Source: a virus. Taken from it: 64,000 bases of DNA. The translations under genes were made by a program, and so were the position numbers. Position 1 is the stretch's first letter. Every line of letters begins with the position of its first letter. Below the pieces are notes generated by a model that searched no databases, was not told the origin of the DNA, and worked only from the letters and a program-made list of their open reading frames with translations. Of this stretch, positions 45,243 through 55,283 are shown one piece after another. Location: positions 10,888 through 74,887 of the IMG/VR virus record IMGVR_UViG_3300026116_000002, one strand, 5' to 3'.

Positions 45243-45418
45243 AAATGAATAACATTGCCACGAGCGTCTGTGATCGTCTGCATACACGCAGGCAAACTGT
45301 GGTTTTGATAAACCACTTTTGGCCCGATCGGATGGTAATTACCGACAAACGCCGGGAAAGCCACTAAGCAAAACACGAACGCCGTGGCAGTGATTGCTAT
45401 CAAGGTTTTAAGTTTCAT
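45236..45418 (-). CDS. small antisense membrane-anchored protein
   Basis: MKLKTLIAITATAFVFCLVAFP; TATGCT 5 nt before ATG. Confidence 0.55.
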   Translation of the reverse strand: MKLKTLIAITATAFVFCLVAFPAFVGNYHPIGPKVVYQNHSLPACMQTITDARGNVIHFH

Positions 45419-45445
45419 AGTCAAGCATACCCATGGAGGTATAGA

Positions 45446-46030
45446 ATGCATCGCTTTAAGTTGTTTTTAGTTTTCTTCGCAGTAATGCTTTACTGCGTTA
45501 CACCAGTTACGGCGCAGACATCGACGCATGGGCCTGTCCCTCCTGGCTATGCTAACCCGCTTACACCATGGGGCTACCCGCTTATCATGGGCGGGGTAGA
45601 TCCGTCTGGTATTGTGCAGTATTTTCCAATCAGCGCGGGCGGCAAGATCATTGTTACAGAGCCGTATTCTCCGCTCTATAGTTATGCCTTGGCGGCAACA
45701 TCTGGCACTGCCACAGTGGTTGGCTTTTTCGTCAATTACAATGGGGTTGAAACCGGCCCAAATAAGGTAGCGACTCAGTACACGTTTTCAGTTGGCACTG
45801 GTGGTTCTACATTTACAAACCTCTACAACACCGCTGCCTCCATCTCAGCTAACACGCCGCTTCCAGCAGACTTCGCCGGATTCAAGTGCGTTGTAAGCGT
45901 GGCAGCTATGTACTTCAACAACTCAGCGAATACCACCGGCACTATCGGGGTTGTCCCGGCATCTGGTCCAGGCGTGCCGATCACTAACACGACCACCACC
46001 GCGTACTTCGTGTTCGGAGACGCTAAGTAA
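45446..46030 (+). CDS. signal-peptide-bearing hypothetical protein
   Basis: GGAGG RBS; MHRFKLFLVFFAVMLYCVTPVTA-Q. Confidence 0.75.
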   Translation: MHRFKLFLVFFAVMLYCVTPVTAQTSTHGPVPPGYANPLTPWGYPLIMGGVDPSGIVQYFPISAGGKIIVTEPYSPLYSYALAATSGTATVVGFFVNYNGVETGPNKVATQYTFSVGTGGSTFTNLYNTAASISANTPLPADFAGFKCVVSVAAMYFNNSANTTGTIGVVPASGPGVPITNTTTTAYFVFGDAK

Positions 46031-46031
46031 T

Positions 46032-48395
46032 ATGAAAAACATTAAACTATTCCTTATTGCCTCGCTCATGTTTCTGTGCGTGTCTACAACAAATGCTCAA
46101 ACAATCGTCTCTACCAACTTTGACGGCGGGTTATCGACACCGGCTATAGATACTCAAACACAAGGGAACGTATCTGCCGGTACGTCTTTCACGATGTCGC
46201 TCACAACCTCGACAGCCAACGAAGAGGCAGTAATAGCGATCAACGTGTCCGGGTCTACAGTGTCTTCAGTCGTCAATACAACAGGCACTGCCGGGGCTTG
46301 GTCGCTCGTCAAAGCGCAGGTTAATGGCACTGACGAAGAAATCTGGAAGTCGGATGTTGCCACGACTCAGGCGGCAGTGACCATAACCGTCAACCTTGCC
46401 GGATCGTCCACGGCAGCAGCCGTCATGAACACCTTCAAGGGTGTTTTCGCAGTCACCCCGATCGAGGCTAACACAGCAGCTAACCTGTCAGCTACGACGG
46501 CATGGACCGCATCAGTTACCACGGCTCAGGCCGGGTCACTGGTAGCGGCGTACATGGGCAGCGCCACCTCCAACACAATGACAGCGGGCAGCGGTTATAC
46601 CGCTGTCACCTCTTCTGCTCCGTCAGCTACGGCGACGGAGTTTGGTGAGGTCAAGAACGCGGTGGTGGCGACCGGGGCGGCGACGGCGGCAGCGGCGACC
46701 ATGAGCGGCAATAGCACGGGTGTTGAGATAGCGATCTCACTCAAGGCTTACTCCCCGGCTAACTTTGTACAACCAAACAATTTTGCGGTATCCTCGGCTC
46801 ATTCACAGTCAGGCTCTAACTCTCTAAGCTGTAACTCGGCGTCAGGCTCAGACTTGATGGTGTCGACTTCGGACAGCAATACAACGGCGTCGGACTACTC
46901 TTCGTGGAATGTGTTTTTCACAAGTGTTGGTGCTGGCGTTGCGGTTGGGGCTACGGTGCGGTGCAACTCGTCGGCGTCGAACGCGAACGGGTACATGTTC
47001 CTCATCACGACGAACACGGGCGTGTCTATCTCCAAACGCGTTACCAGTGCCAACACGCAGATTTCCGTCAACGTCGGCAGCGGCTCGACATTCTCAACCA
47101 ACACGTGGTACACGATGACGTGTCTCGCTACGGGCAACCATATTGTGGGGCGCGTGCAGCGGGTATCGGACGGATTCTGGCTCAACTCGGCGGGTACCTT
47201 TGCCGCGCCGTATGCGGAATGCTCGTCCGTTATAGATTACACCTGGCAACCAGCTAGCGGGTACTTCTCGGGGCTACGCAATAGCTCGGCGGCTAACAGC
47301 GTATACTTCGACGATCAAAACTACTCACAGACAAACATCTTAGTATCGTCGCCGGTGCAGTATCAAACGCTTCAGCGATCGGCAGGAGGCACAGCTTCAA
47401 TTGCGATTACCGGCACCTACTTCGGCAGCCCCACCTCCATTGTCGCCTCGTGGAATGGCAATCCGCAGGCAACTATCGTCGCTAGTCCATCGGCCGGATC
47501 GTACACCGGCACCTTGACTGCGCAGCCATACGGGCAGGGTAACCTGACGATCACATCGTCAAGCGATGCGTCGAGCTACTGCGAAGTCCCAATACTCTCG
47601 ATAGGCGACGTGTGGATCATAGCAGGGCAAAGTAATGGGTCGGGGCGGTGCGCCACCTCGCAGACGCCCCTGCAAGGGCTTTTGCCCACCATGTTTGGGA
47701 ATGATTATCTGTGGAAGCTGTGCACAGATAACACGGACAGTTCAACCAATCAGGTTGACACCGTATCTTCTGACCCGCAAGCGGCAGGGTCCGTATGGCC
47801 CATTGTCGCGTCTTCGCTGGCAGCAGATACCGGCGTCCCGCAGGCCATTATTCAGACATGTCTCGGGGGTACACTGATCTCACAGTGGCAACCGGGCGGT
47901 TCTGGCAACTGGGACCGTACCACCCTGTTTGGCAGTATGGCATACCGAGCCTCAAGTCAGACCGCCTCGCCGGTCACTGGCACGTGTAAGGCCGTACTGT
48001 GGTGGCAAGGGGAGAGCGACCAGCAAGCAGGCACATCACAGGCCACTTACACTGCGTCTATGGCGTCTCTGGCAAGCGCCATTAAGACGGACCTCGGGGT
48101 AAACTTAGTACCGTGCAAGCTTACCACGGCGGGCCTGTCTTGGGCCTCTGCCGCCAACCAGCAGCACATACAGGACGCGATCGGAGCCGAGTGGGCCAGC
48201 GATACAAATGTTACAACAGGCCCGGACCTATCAGGGATCAATACCAACGATGAGGACTCAGGCTTCGGCGGAAGCCCTGCTCATGTCCACATCATCTACC
48301 AGCCACACGAGTCACAAGCGGCTCTACTGTGGGTAAGGGCTATTGAGGCCGCGTTCTACCCGGTATCTAGCGGGTCGCAACGGATGCATTACTAG
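46032..48395 (+). CDS. signal-peptide-bearing multidomain protein with C-terminal SGNH (SASA/CE6-like) O-acetylesterase
   Basis: MKNIKLFLIASLMFLCVSTTNA-Q; GDVWIIAGQSNG and LWWQGESD motifs. Confidence 0.85.
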   Translation: MKNIKLFLIASLMFLCVSTTNAQTIVSTNFDGGLSTPAIDTQTQGNVSAGTSFTMSLTTSTANEEAVIAINVSGSTVSSVVNTTGTAGAWSLVKAQVNGTDEEIWKSDVATTQAAVTITVNLAGSSTAAAVMNTFKGVFAVTPIEANTAANLSATTAWTASVTTAQAGSLVAAYMGSATSNTMTAGSGYTAVTSSAPSATATEFGEVKNAVVATGAATAAAATMSGNSTGVEIAISLKAYSPANFVQPNNFAVSSAHSQSGSNSLSCNSASGSDLMVSTSDSNTTASDYSSWNVFFTSVGAGVAVGATVRCNSSASNANGYMFLITTNTGVSISKRVTSANTQISVNVGSGSTFSTNTWYTMTCLATGNHIVGRVQRVSDGFWLNSAGTFAAPYAECSSVIDYTWQPASGYFSGLRNSSAANSVYFDDQNYSQTNILVSSPVQYQTLQRSAGGTASIAITGTYFGSPTSIVASWNGNPQATIVASPSAGSYTGTLTAQPYGQGNLTITSSSDASSYCEVPILSIGDVWIIAGQSNGSGRCATSQTPLQGLLPTMFGNDYLWKLCTDNTDSSTNQVDTVSSDPQAAGSVWPIVASSLAADTGVPQAIIQTCLGGTLISQWQPGGSGNWDRTTLFGSMAYRASSQTASPVTGTCKAVLWWQGESDQQAGTSQATYTASMASLASAIKTDLGVNLVPCKLTTAGLSWASAANQQHIQDAIGAEWASDTNVTTGPDLSGINTNDEDSGFGGSPAHVHIIYQPHESQAALLWVRAIEAAFYPVSSGSQRMHY

Positions 48396-48402
48396 TGAGT
48401 GT

Positions 48403-48430
48403 TTGCCTGCTACGTCAATTGTGATATAAT
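48403..48430 (+). promoter_or_regulatory. promoter for lysis cassette
   Basis: TTGCCT...TGn-TATAAT. Confidence 0.65.
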
Positions 48431-48443
48431 GAACGAAAGGTGC

Positions 48444-49094
48444 GTGACCACAGCTATGTACGGCACCGCGACACAACCTGTCAGGACGGTTCATTTGCAC
48501 CCTGCCGCTAAATCGATCTTCGCTGTCACCAGCCTATCTGCCTTGATCGACATGCTCCACCAGGCCCCAAGCGCAGTGCATGTGCTGGCGTTCCTGATTG
48601 CTACCTCGATCATCATAGACGGCCTGCTCGGGATCGTTGTGGCAGGGCTAAGAAGCAAGATCAAGTCCAAGCACATGCGCGACCTTGCCGTAGCCAAGGT
48701 CACCGGCTACGCCTACATCCTTGCGTTCGCGACGGTCATCACGATCGTCGCGAACTCGTGGTACGTGCTCGAAGCCTTCGAAGCTATGATCGTTCTCAAT
48801 GAGCTTGGGTCGTACATCGAGAACTTAAACCACTTGACCAAGTTCGGTGTCAACTTTGGAGAGAAGATCAATAACGCAATCCGTGCCGCTGGCGGATTGT
48901 TCGACGTACCGGAAACCACCAAGCGCGTCGAGATGTCAGCGATCTTCGACAGCGACGATAGCAGTCCGACCGTGACCGCCGTCGCCATGGAGCAGACTAC
49001 CACGCACCCTACCCCAAACGCTACGACCGAGCAAGGGCGTAAGGGCGGTTCTACTAGGGAGCGCAATATTCCGGTTAATTCCGGGCCTCAGTAA
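48444..49094 (+). CDS. holin (phage_holin_4-like)
   Basis: IIDGLLGIV..IKSKHMR..K and NELGSYIENL..GV motifs; TM segments. Confidence 0.85.
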   Translation: MTTAMYGTATQPVRTVHLHPAAKSIFAVTSLSALIDMLHQAPSAVHVLAFLIATSIIIDGLLGIVVAGLRSKIKSKHMRDLAVAKVTGYAYILAFATVITIVANSWYVLEAFEAMIVLNELGSYIENLNHLTKFGVNFGEKINNAIRAAGGLFDVPETTKRVEMSAIFDSDDSSPTVTAVAMEQTTTHPTPNATTEQGRKGGSTRERNIPVNSGPQ

Positions 49095-49105
49095 AGGAAA
49101 CTATC

Positions 49106-49357
49106 ATGAACATCGTAAGCATTTTCAAGTCAGTGCTACAGCCCGTCGTCGACGCCGCTGTAACCGTCGAAAAGCCGCAGGCCGAAGCTCTCGCGGCCAC
49201 TGTTGGCGCTAAGGTCGAAGCCGCCATTGAGACAGCAGTCACAAAGCATGTCGACGCTCCAACCGCCGCGCTAATCATGGCTGAGGTCGACGCTCAGTTG
49301 AACACGATCGAAGCGGAAGTCAACACCGACATCGAGAACTTCCGCGTCAAGCTGTAG
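49106..49357 (+). CDS. hypothetical lysis-cassette protein
   Basis: AAGGA RBS. Confidence 0.65.
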   Translation: MNIVSIFKSVLQPVVDAAVTVEKPQAEALAATVGAKVEAAIETAVTKHVDAPTAALIMAEVDAQLNTIEAEVNTDIENFRVKL

Positions 49358-49365
49358 GAGGGCAT

Positions 49366-49602
49366 ATGCCCATAGTGAACTCGGACAACATCGTATCGCT
49401 CATCACAGCCGTAACTGCACTGGTAACGGCTGTCGGCGCGATCATCAACGGGTATCGGAACCATCAGGAGACGAAGGCTAACATTGCCCGCATCGACGCC
49501 CATAACGACACCGTAGGGGCGACGGCGATTTCAGCCCTCGCTGACTCTGTACCGATCTCTGCGATACCGGCGCTGGCGGCTACTACAAGGGAGACTCAGT
49601 AA
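49366..49602 (+). CDS. single-TM lysis-cassette protein
   Basis: AGGAGG RBS; IVSLITAVTALVTAVGAII. Confidence 0.65.
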   Translation: MPIVNSDNIVSLITAVTALVTAVGAIINGYRNHQETKANIARIDAHNDTVGATAISALADSVPISAIPALAATTRETQ

Positions 49603-50210
49603 TGCCGAAAGGATTTGACGCCTACGCGTCGATGAAGCACGGAATGGCTGAGAAGTTCGCAGCGGACGGATACCAGTTCAGCGCTGGCTATCTCTTTGTG
49701 TCAAGTGGCTTCAAGGTGCTTCGTGATCGTTCGGAGTGCGAAGCTGTAACTGATGCTGGCATGTCCAATGTACTGATCTTCGAGAACGGCAGACCGATCA
49801 ACGACGCCTACTTTAACGCTGCCAAGGGCGAATACGATCACGTACATGCTATCCCGCTCGCAATAGCCACTGGCGCGGTACGAAACGGCACAGTTGGCCT
49901 CTACTACGCCGTCGATGGCGATGCAAGCTCAGACCCAAACGGGCCGGTCGCCAACTACTTCCGGCATGTGCATGGTCCAACCCGTGACGCAGGTTTCCTG
50001 ACGGGGGTTTACGGCTCAGGCGCGGTATGCAAAATGCTCGTCGAACTCGGCCTCGTGACTAAGACTTGGCTTTCACAGTCTACAGGCTTCCCCGGATACC
50101 ACGACTGGCTAGCGAAGGCCGATATCGTACAAGGCCATTCGGCCAACGTGCACGGGATCGACATAGACTACGATATTAGCGATGGACACGCTGGCGGGTT
50201 CAAGGTATAA
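49602..50210 (+). CDS. endolysin, DUF1906/GH25-like glycoside hydrolase
   Basis: KGFDA, YYAVDGD, TGVYGSGAVC, WLSQSTGF, IDIDYD. Confidence 0.85.
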   Translation: MPKGFDAYASMKHGMAEKFAADGYQFSAGYLFVSSGFKVLRDRSECEAVTDAGMSNVLIFENGRPINDAYFNAAKGEYDHVHAIPLAIATGAVRNGTVGLYYAVDGDASSDPNGPVANYFRHVHGPTRDAGFLTGVYGSGAVCKMLVELGLVTKTWLSQSTGFPGYHDWLAKADIVQGHSANVHGIDIDYDISDGHAGGFKV

Positions 50211-50377
50211 TGAACCAAATCAAGGCACGTGCTTAATTGTCCACGACCTTTTAAAACGGCTGGCAGAAACGCGCGATGCGGAGGACGATTAAAAACCGGC
50301 ACCGTCTGAGCTTAATAAAGAGCGGTTCTAGCCAACCTCGGATGCCTGCATAGTCCACCGATCAAAGGGCTTGCTAG

Positions 50378-50411
50378 AACGCCCCTCCCCGCTTATGCAG
50401 GGAGGGGCGTT
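50378..50411. terminator. hairpin terminator between convergent arms
   Basis: AACGCCCCTCCC/GGGAGGGGCGTT 12-bp stem. Confidence 0.7.
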
Positions 50412-50447
50412 GCTATATCAAGCGACCAGTTTCATCACGCTTGGCGT

Positions 50448-50888
50448 TTATGTCTGGAATGAAGCATCACCTCCTGCATCATCTGAAATATCCGCTGCAA
50501 ACTCGGGGTGCTGAGTAATCATGTGCCTGCCTAAGTCGGTAAAAGTTCGATTACAGCACGGGCACACGCCATTTGCTATACGGTTCCTGATTTTTGTCAC
50601 TTGCCCCCTAAGAGCAGACCGACTTCGCTCCACCACCATGCACCTATCTCGTTCACGTCGGGCTTGCGTTTCAGCTATCTCCAAGTTTTTTGCAGCGCGG
50701 GCTAACTCTTGCTTGAGGCGATCAGTCTCCGTAACACGGTAAACTCGTGGATGACCATTCGGGCAGTAAAAGTTTCCGCCCGACTCTCTGCGTTGTTCAT
50801 CGAACCTCTCAGGTACGCCAAAGTTGACGCCGCACTCTCCGCATTCGATGACCACAAGACTGAATTCGCGCGTTATCGCAACCTTCAT
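50448..50888 (-). CDS. zinc-binding coiled-coil phage protein
   Basis: CGEC, FYCPNGH, CPCC..H...H. Confidence 0.8.
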   Translation of the reverse strand: MKVAITREFSLVVIECGECGVNFGVPERFDEQRRESGGNFYCPNGHPRVYRVTETDRLKQELARAAKNLEIAETQARRERDRCMVVERSRSALRGQVTKIRNRIANGVCPCCNRTFTDLGRHMITQHPEFAADISDDAGGDASFQT

Positions 50889-51481
50889 GACTTATTCATC
50901 CTCGCTTCCAAGTCGATCATCCTTACTCTTGGGGCACGATCATTGCCAAACATTTTCCCTGTAAACCTGCCCATGTTGACGAGTTGCCTTACGCGCTCCC
51001 GGCTAATACCAAGCACTTCAGCGGCCTGTGTCTGCGTCACCCATTCGATGCCGTCATCGTCAGTGTGACTTCGGTCTTGGCTATTGACCGGCTCAGGCGG
51101 TAAAGCTGCAAGTTCCGCCGCGATTTCTTCGGGTGTTTTTGGTAACGGCCTCATGTTGCCTGTGGACCGATGGTAATTGTAGCAATTTTTGCAAAGCCGC
51201 CTTGCGTATACCGAGCCATGCCCGCAATGGCTGCACATTTCGCCTAGCAGACGTCTCTGCGTGATACCGTGACATTGTGGGTCATACGTGGTAAACCACT
51301 CTTGTACGTCCCGCAAAAGAAATTGCAATCGCCCTGTATCCCAAAAACCACTCCTACTAGACCGCTTACGGGTAACCGGCACGCGTCCTTGGCGTGCCGC
51401 TTGCATTAAGACCGCGACCGGCACGCCGACCGCAGCAGCAGCCTCCTCTGTCGACATAACACCACCAAGTTCTGCTTCCAT
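50885..51481 (-). CDS. DNA-binding protein with two excisionase-like HTH domains and a zinc module
   Basis: STEEAAAAVGV; TQTQAAEVLGISRERVRQLV. Confidence 0.75.
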   Translation of the reverse strand: MEAELGGVMSTEEAAAAVGVPVAVLMQAARQGRVPVTRKRSSRSGFWDTGRLQFLLRDVQEWFTTYDPQCHGITQRRLLGEMCSHCGHGSVYARRLCKNCYNYHRSTGNMRPLPKTPEEIAAELAALPPEPVNSQDRSHTDDDGIEWVTQTQAAEVLGISRERVRQLVNMGRFTGKMFGNDRAPRVRMIDLEARMNKS

Positions 51482-54043
51482 CTACTTCTTCTCCTTTTGC
51501 TCTACTAACACGTCCGGGTGGACTTCGAAGTATCCGTTTTGACCCTGAGCCTCGCGGATGTAGCCTACCTGAATAAGCGCTGTCATGACCTTTAGTTGCT
51601 CATCAGGCGCGACGTTGGGCATCTGCTCCCATATCTGCGGAGCGGTGATTACGGATTGGCCGAGACCGGCGATTACGTTGAGCGCCCGCTTGACGCCGGG
51701 ATCGCGCTCCTGAATGCTCCCTGCCTGCAAGGCCGCGAGCATCTGCGGTATGGCGTACTCAGCGATTGCGACGGCCTCGCGCATGGTATCTGCGGAGATG
51801 GGGGTACTTGCCGCCGTCTCCTCAAAGTAAGCGGTCCCGCCCATCCCGTACACGCTGTCTGTCGCATGTTTGACGAGGTGGAGTACCCCCGCGATCCTGG
51901 CTGCCCTGCCAGCGTGCTTCGCGGCCCACTCGTCGAACGGGGCGAGGTCGGTTCGGCGGCGGGCGTTCATATTCTTGTAGAACTCCTTCCATACTTCAAG
52001 GCCGGGACCGTCGAGGTTGATTTCGTAGCACTTCTCAGGCTCCTCTTCGGTGGCGAGCGGCTTGATGTTCAGGAGTTGACTGAGCATCATTTCGTACGAG
52101 TGCGCAATGAATGGGTCGATGGGTACATCCTCGTACTCATCTCCGATCTCGGGCGTCGGGTGATACACGAAGGTACACCGGCCTATAAACCCTAATTCTC
52201 GAAAGGCGCGTATCTGCAACATGTCCCGCAGGATTGCGGGCTGAACAATCGTGACGAAGTTCAGGTTGGGGCGCTTGATCGAGACTTCCCCTGCGTCCCT
52301 GCCGGTGTCATCGGCCTGCGATGCCTGCCCTTTGCGGTTGATGATAATACGCTCGCCGTCGTAGGACTGCAAACAGATATCGAGGTTTGGCTTGCCGCTG
52401 TTGTAGATGCCGCTGATGTTGGCGAAGAACCGCCCCTCGGCTGAGACTACGCACATCGCGTTTCCCTCGGCCTGAGCCATCTTGACCGCGAGGCTTTCGG
52501 GGGTGATGTCACCCGCGATCAATTGCGGCTTTGGGATGATCTTGGGCATGTGTTCTTCGAGCTTGTCGATATCAGCTTCAAGGCTTTCGCGTAGCAGCTT
52601 GTCTCCATGCGCCTTCTTGATATCAAGCTCCTTGCGTGCGATCTCGCGCTTGTACTGCCTGATCTTCGACGCGAGCTTTTTGTTCTCCGCGAGGTTGCCC
52701 TGCTCCAGCCCATCCTGAAAGTTGTAGATCGGCCTCGACAACTTCCTCAAGGCTTGACTCTTGCGATAGCCGGAAGGCATAAGCGGGAGCATGAAGAAGC
52801 ACAGTTCCTCTTCGTGGGTACTGCCGACCTTGACGTAGGCTTTACCTCGTATCGAGGCGCTGCACACCCCGATCGCGCTGATTGCCACAAGGTCAACCGG
52901 GACTTCGGTGGTTTCCGCGACGGCTTCGACATATTCGCGAAGTACCCCCGGCAAAGCATCCAGAGGGAATGGGATCGTCGCCACGCCGCTCGGCAGGGGC
53001 TTCCAGCCGCCTGTCATGGGACTTATGACCTGCACGGGCTTTGCCGCCGCTGTACGCGCCTGCGGGGGCGCTCCAAAGCCGTCTTTGCCTAGCGCCCTGG
53101 CTGACGCGCGATAGTCGCCGCCGTGTTCCAACAAGGTATACACATCAAACGGCGAGTAGCCGATGTTGTTTTCGAACGGCGAGGCGTTGGTTGAGAAGAC
53201 GTGAAACGTATTCGTCTCGATCGACACGCCTGCGCTACACCTGCCGTACTGCTTGCCGGGACGCAGAAACTCGTGCCACTCCTCGCTCGTTTCGACGTAC
53301 TGCCAGCCGTGCTTCTCAAGGAGTAGTTGCACGACGCCGCGCTGCTGGTTATAGTGCGTGCCGGGTTGCAGATCGCCTTCGAGGCGCGGCAGGCCCGTGC
53401 GCGGCCTCGATACGAATTTTGGGGCCGGGACGTACTGATTGAAGCTCTTTGCCGTCTCGAACAGGATTTCCCGCACCGCCCCTGCTATGCTCGGAACCTT
53501 GGCTAGATGCCCGCGCAGAAGCTCGTAGCCCTTACCGGCAGGATGCACGCAGGCCGGTGACGGCGGGCAGACGACGTAGCCGCCTTCGCCGCGCACCTCG
53601 ATACCCCCGTGACTGATAAGCTTCCCGTCAGGGCCGAGCGTTCGCGCGAGCTTGATGTTGCCGCCAATGCCGTCCGTGCAGCGGTAGAACAGGTGCTTGC
53701 AGCCGGAAGGTGTAGCCGCGAGTGGGAGCGTCTTGACGATTTCAGCGATAGGGTCAGGCAGGGACACTGCCCACCGGTCGTAGATATCCGCCTCGTCGAA
53801 GTCGATGATTTCGAGGTGTCCCGACACGACGCCGCCAATCATAGCGAGGCCGCGCGGCGTCTCGACCCCGAACCATGTTTCAAGTTCCTCTAAGGTTGGT
53901 ATTCTGCTTTCGAACTCCTTCCATGTCGCCAGTGCCGGGGCTTTTCCGTCAGGGCAGGTGGGACCGACCGGACGGATAGGGATGACTGAAACGCCTGCCT
54001 CGACAATAAGCCGTGCGGCGTTGAGAACGCGTTGGTTTGACAT
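51482..54043 (-). CDS. bifunctional primase-polymerase fused to DUF3987-like helicase-related domain
   Basis: SVIPI..KAP, IIDFD, TPSGCKHLFYR, EVRGEGGYVVCPPS; FPLDALP, PSGYRKS, DITPESL. Confidence 0.9.
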   Translation of the reverse strand: MSNQRVLNAARLIVEAGVSVIPIRPVGPTCPDGKAPALATWKEFESRIPTLEELETWFGVETPRGLAMIGGVVSGHLEIIDFDEADIYDRWAVSLPDPIAEIVKTLPLAATPSGCKHLFYRCTDGIGGNIKLARTLGPDGKLISHGGIEVRGEGGYVVCPPSPACVHPAGKGYELLRGHLAKVPSIAGAVREILFETAKSFNQYVPAPKFVSRPRTGLPRLEGDLQPGTHYNQQRGVVQLLLEKHGWQYVETSEEWHEFLRPGKQYGRCSAGVSIETNTFHVFSTNASPFENNIGYSPFDVYTLLEHGGDYRASARALGKDGFGAPPQARTAAAKPVQVISPMTGGWKPLPSGVATIPFPLDALPGVLREYVEAVAETTEVPVDLVAISAIGVCSASIRGKAYVKVGSTHEEELCFFMLPLMPSGYRKSQALRKLSRPIYNFQDGLEQGNLAENKKLASKIRQYKREIARKELDIKKAHGDKLLRESLEADIDKLEEHMPKIIPKPQLIAGDITPESLAVKMAQAEGNAMCVVSAEGRFFANISGIYNSGKPNLDICLQSYDGERIIINRKGQASQADDTGRDAGEVSIKRPNLNFVTIVQPAILRDMLQIRAFRELGFIGRCTFVYHPTPEIGDEYEDVPIDPFIAHSYEMMLSQLLNIKPLATEEEPEKCYEINLDGPGLEVWKEFYKNMNARRRTDLAPFDEWAAKHAGRAARIAGVLHLVKHATDSVYGMGGTAYFEETAASTPISADTMREAVAIAEYAIPQMLAALQAGSIQERDPGVKRALNVIAGLGQSVITAPQIWEQMPNVAPDEQLKVMTALIQVGYIREAQGQNGYFEVHPDVLVEQKEKK

Positions 54044-54048
54044 CTGGT

Positions 54049-54297
54049 TTATTTCATGTGCTTGGGATCAGAAACATAAAGGATGTCTAGGCTATGGCCC
54101 GAATGCCAGCCGTGACAATGTGAACAGTAATACTCCCTTAGCAGGTCGCCGTCTTGACAGTAGCGACGAGTCCTAAGTTGAGCAATTTGCAGTGTTGCGC
54201 CGATCTTTTGCTGGTGCCTAATCTTGCCGGTTCGCCAGCACCTCTCGGCGTCTTCGTAGCGCTTTTCTTGGCGTTTTAGCCGTCGTTTACTTGCCAT
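54049..54297 (-). CDS. small basic zinc-binding protein
   Basis: YYCSHCHGWH. Confidence 0.7.
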   Translation of the reverse strand: MASKRRLKRQEKRYEDAERCWRTGKIRHQQKIGATLQIAQLRTRRYCQDGDLLREYYCSHCHGWHSGHSLDILYVSDPKHMK

Positions 54298-54302
54298 AGA
54301 GC

Positions 54303-54818
54303 TTATTGTACAGCCTTTTCTGAGGACTCAGCAATACTCTCAAGTGCCAACTCGGCGGCGGGCACAGGGCAACCGGGGCGGTGCTGCCCGTTGTCAAGCG
54401 GAAGGCGGCATCGGCAACCGCCATAGTCCACCATCGCCCGTAGCGCCGTCTCCGCACGCGCCAGCCGGTCCAGCAGCGCGAGCACGGTAGACGGGTCGGC
54501 GGCGGCGATGAAGGCGCAGTCGTTGCCGCTGTTCTCGTAGGTGTCATCAAGGCTAATCAGCGTCTCGCCGAGGTGGCTGCACTCCGGGACGTAGACATGG
54601 CCGTCACTGGCAACGCGCATGCCATCCCATGCCCATTCGCAGTCACTTGCCGCCTCTGCCGCCGCGCGTAACGCCGCCACATCGACGGTTGGCCGAACGC
54701 TAATCGATGGGTCATCGTTGCCGAGGTTAGGATCAAGCAATGCGTCCTCAAGCGTACTCGCTAGCATCGATTGCGTGACGTGAGAATTGTCGACGTCGAC
54801 GGGTTCGTTAGTGCTCAT
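54303..54818 (-). CDS. Ead/Ea22-like protein
   Basis: LRAAAEAA...W and AFIAAADPSTVLALLD. Confidence 0.8.
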   Translation of the reverse strand: MSTNEPVDVDNSHVTQSMLASTLEDALLDPNLGNDDPSISVRPTVDVAALRAAAEAASDCEWAWDGMRVASDGHVYVPECSHLGETLISLDDTYENSGNDCAFIAAADPSTVLALLDRLARAETALRAMVDYGGCRCRLPLDNGQHRPGCPVPAAELALESIAESSEKAVQ

Positions 54819-55036
54819 TCGGGTTGTCCTTTCGTCAACGCGAGGGCCGCACGGGCAACGGACACACACGCCCAGCTCTCTGCCTTATCAGCATCGCCGT
54901 ATTGGTCGCTCGCGGTTTGTCTGTTCATCGACACTATCTTCTCCAGCGCCGCCAGTGCGGACCGGTACCAGTCCCGCTCGGCGGTCAGGTCCGACATGCG
55001 CGTAGACGCAGGTGCCCACTTAGGAAAATCACTCAT
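54815..55036 (-). CDS. hypothetical protein
   Basis: Overlaps both neighbours. Confidence 0.6.
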   Translation of the reverse strand: MSDFPKWAPASTRMSDLTAERDWYRSALAALEKIVSMNRQTASDQYGDADKAESWACVSVARAALALTKGQPE

Positions 55037-55283
55037 TTACTGCCTCTTTCTTCACTTTCGGCTTCGACTTCCACTCGTCGAAAGCTTGGATTAGTACACT
55101 GAATCCGCCGACTTGCGCGAGCTTCCTGCGGTGCGCCTCAGTAGCGCCTCGCACTAGGAGCATCTCCGCATCCTTAACGGCCTTTACCTGATCGTTGACC
55201 AGCTTCTCACGGAACGCGTCTCGCTTGGGCCACTTGTTGCTGAACGGGATGAAGTCTTGCTTGGCGATTTTAGCCATCGGCAA
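55029..55283 (-). CDS. hypothetical protein
   Basis: GGAGG RBS; overlaps neighbours. Confidence 0.65.
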   Translation of the reverse strand: MPMAKIAKQDFIPFSNKWPKRDAFREKLVNDQVKAVKDAEMLLVRGATEAHRRKLAQVGGFSVLIQAFDEWKSKPKVKKEAVNE

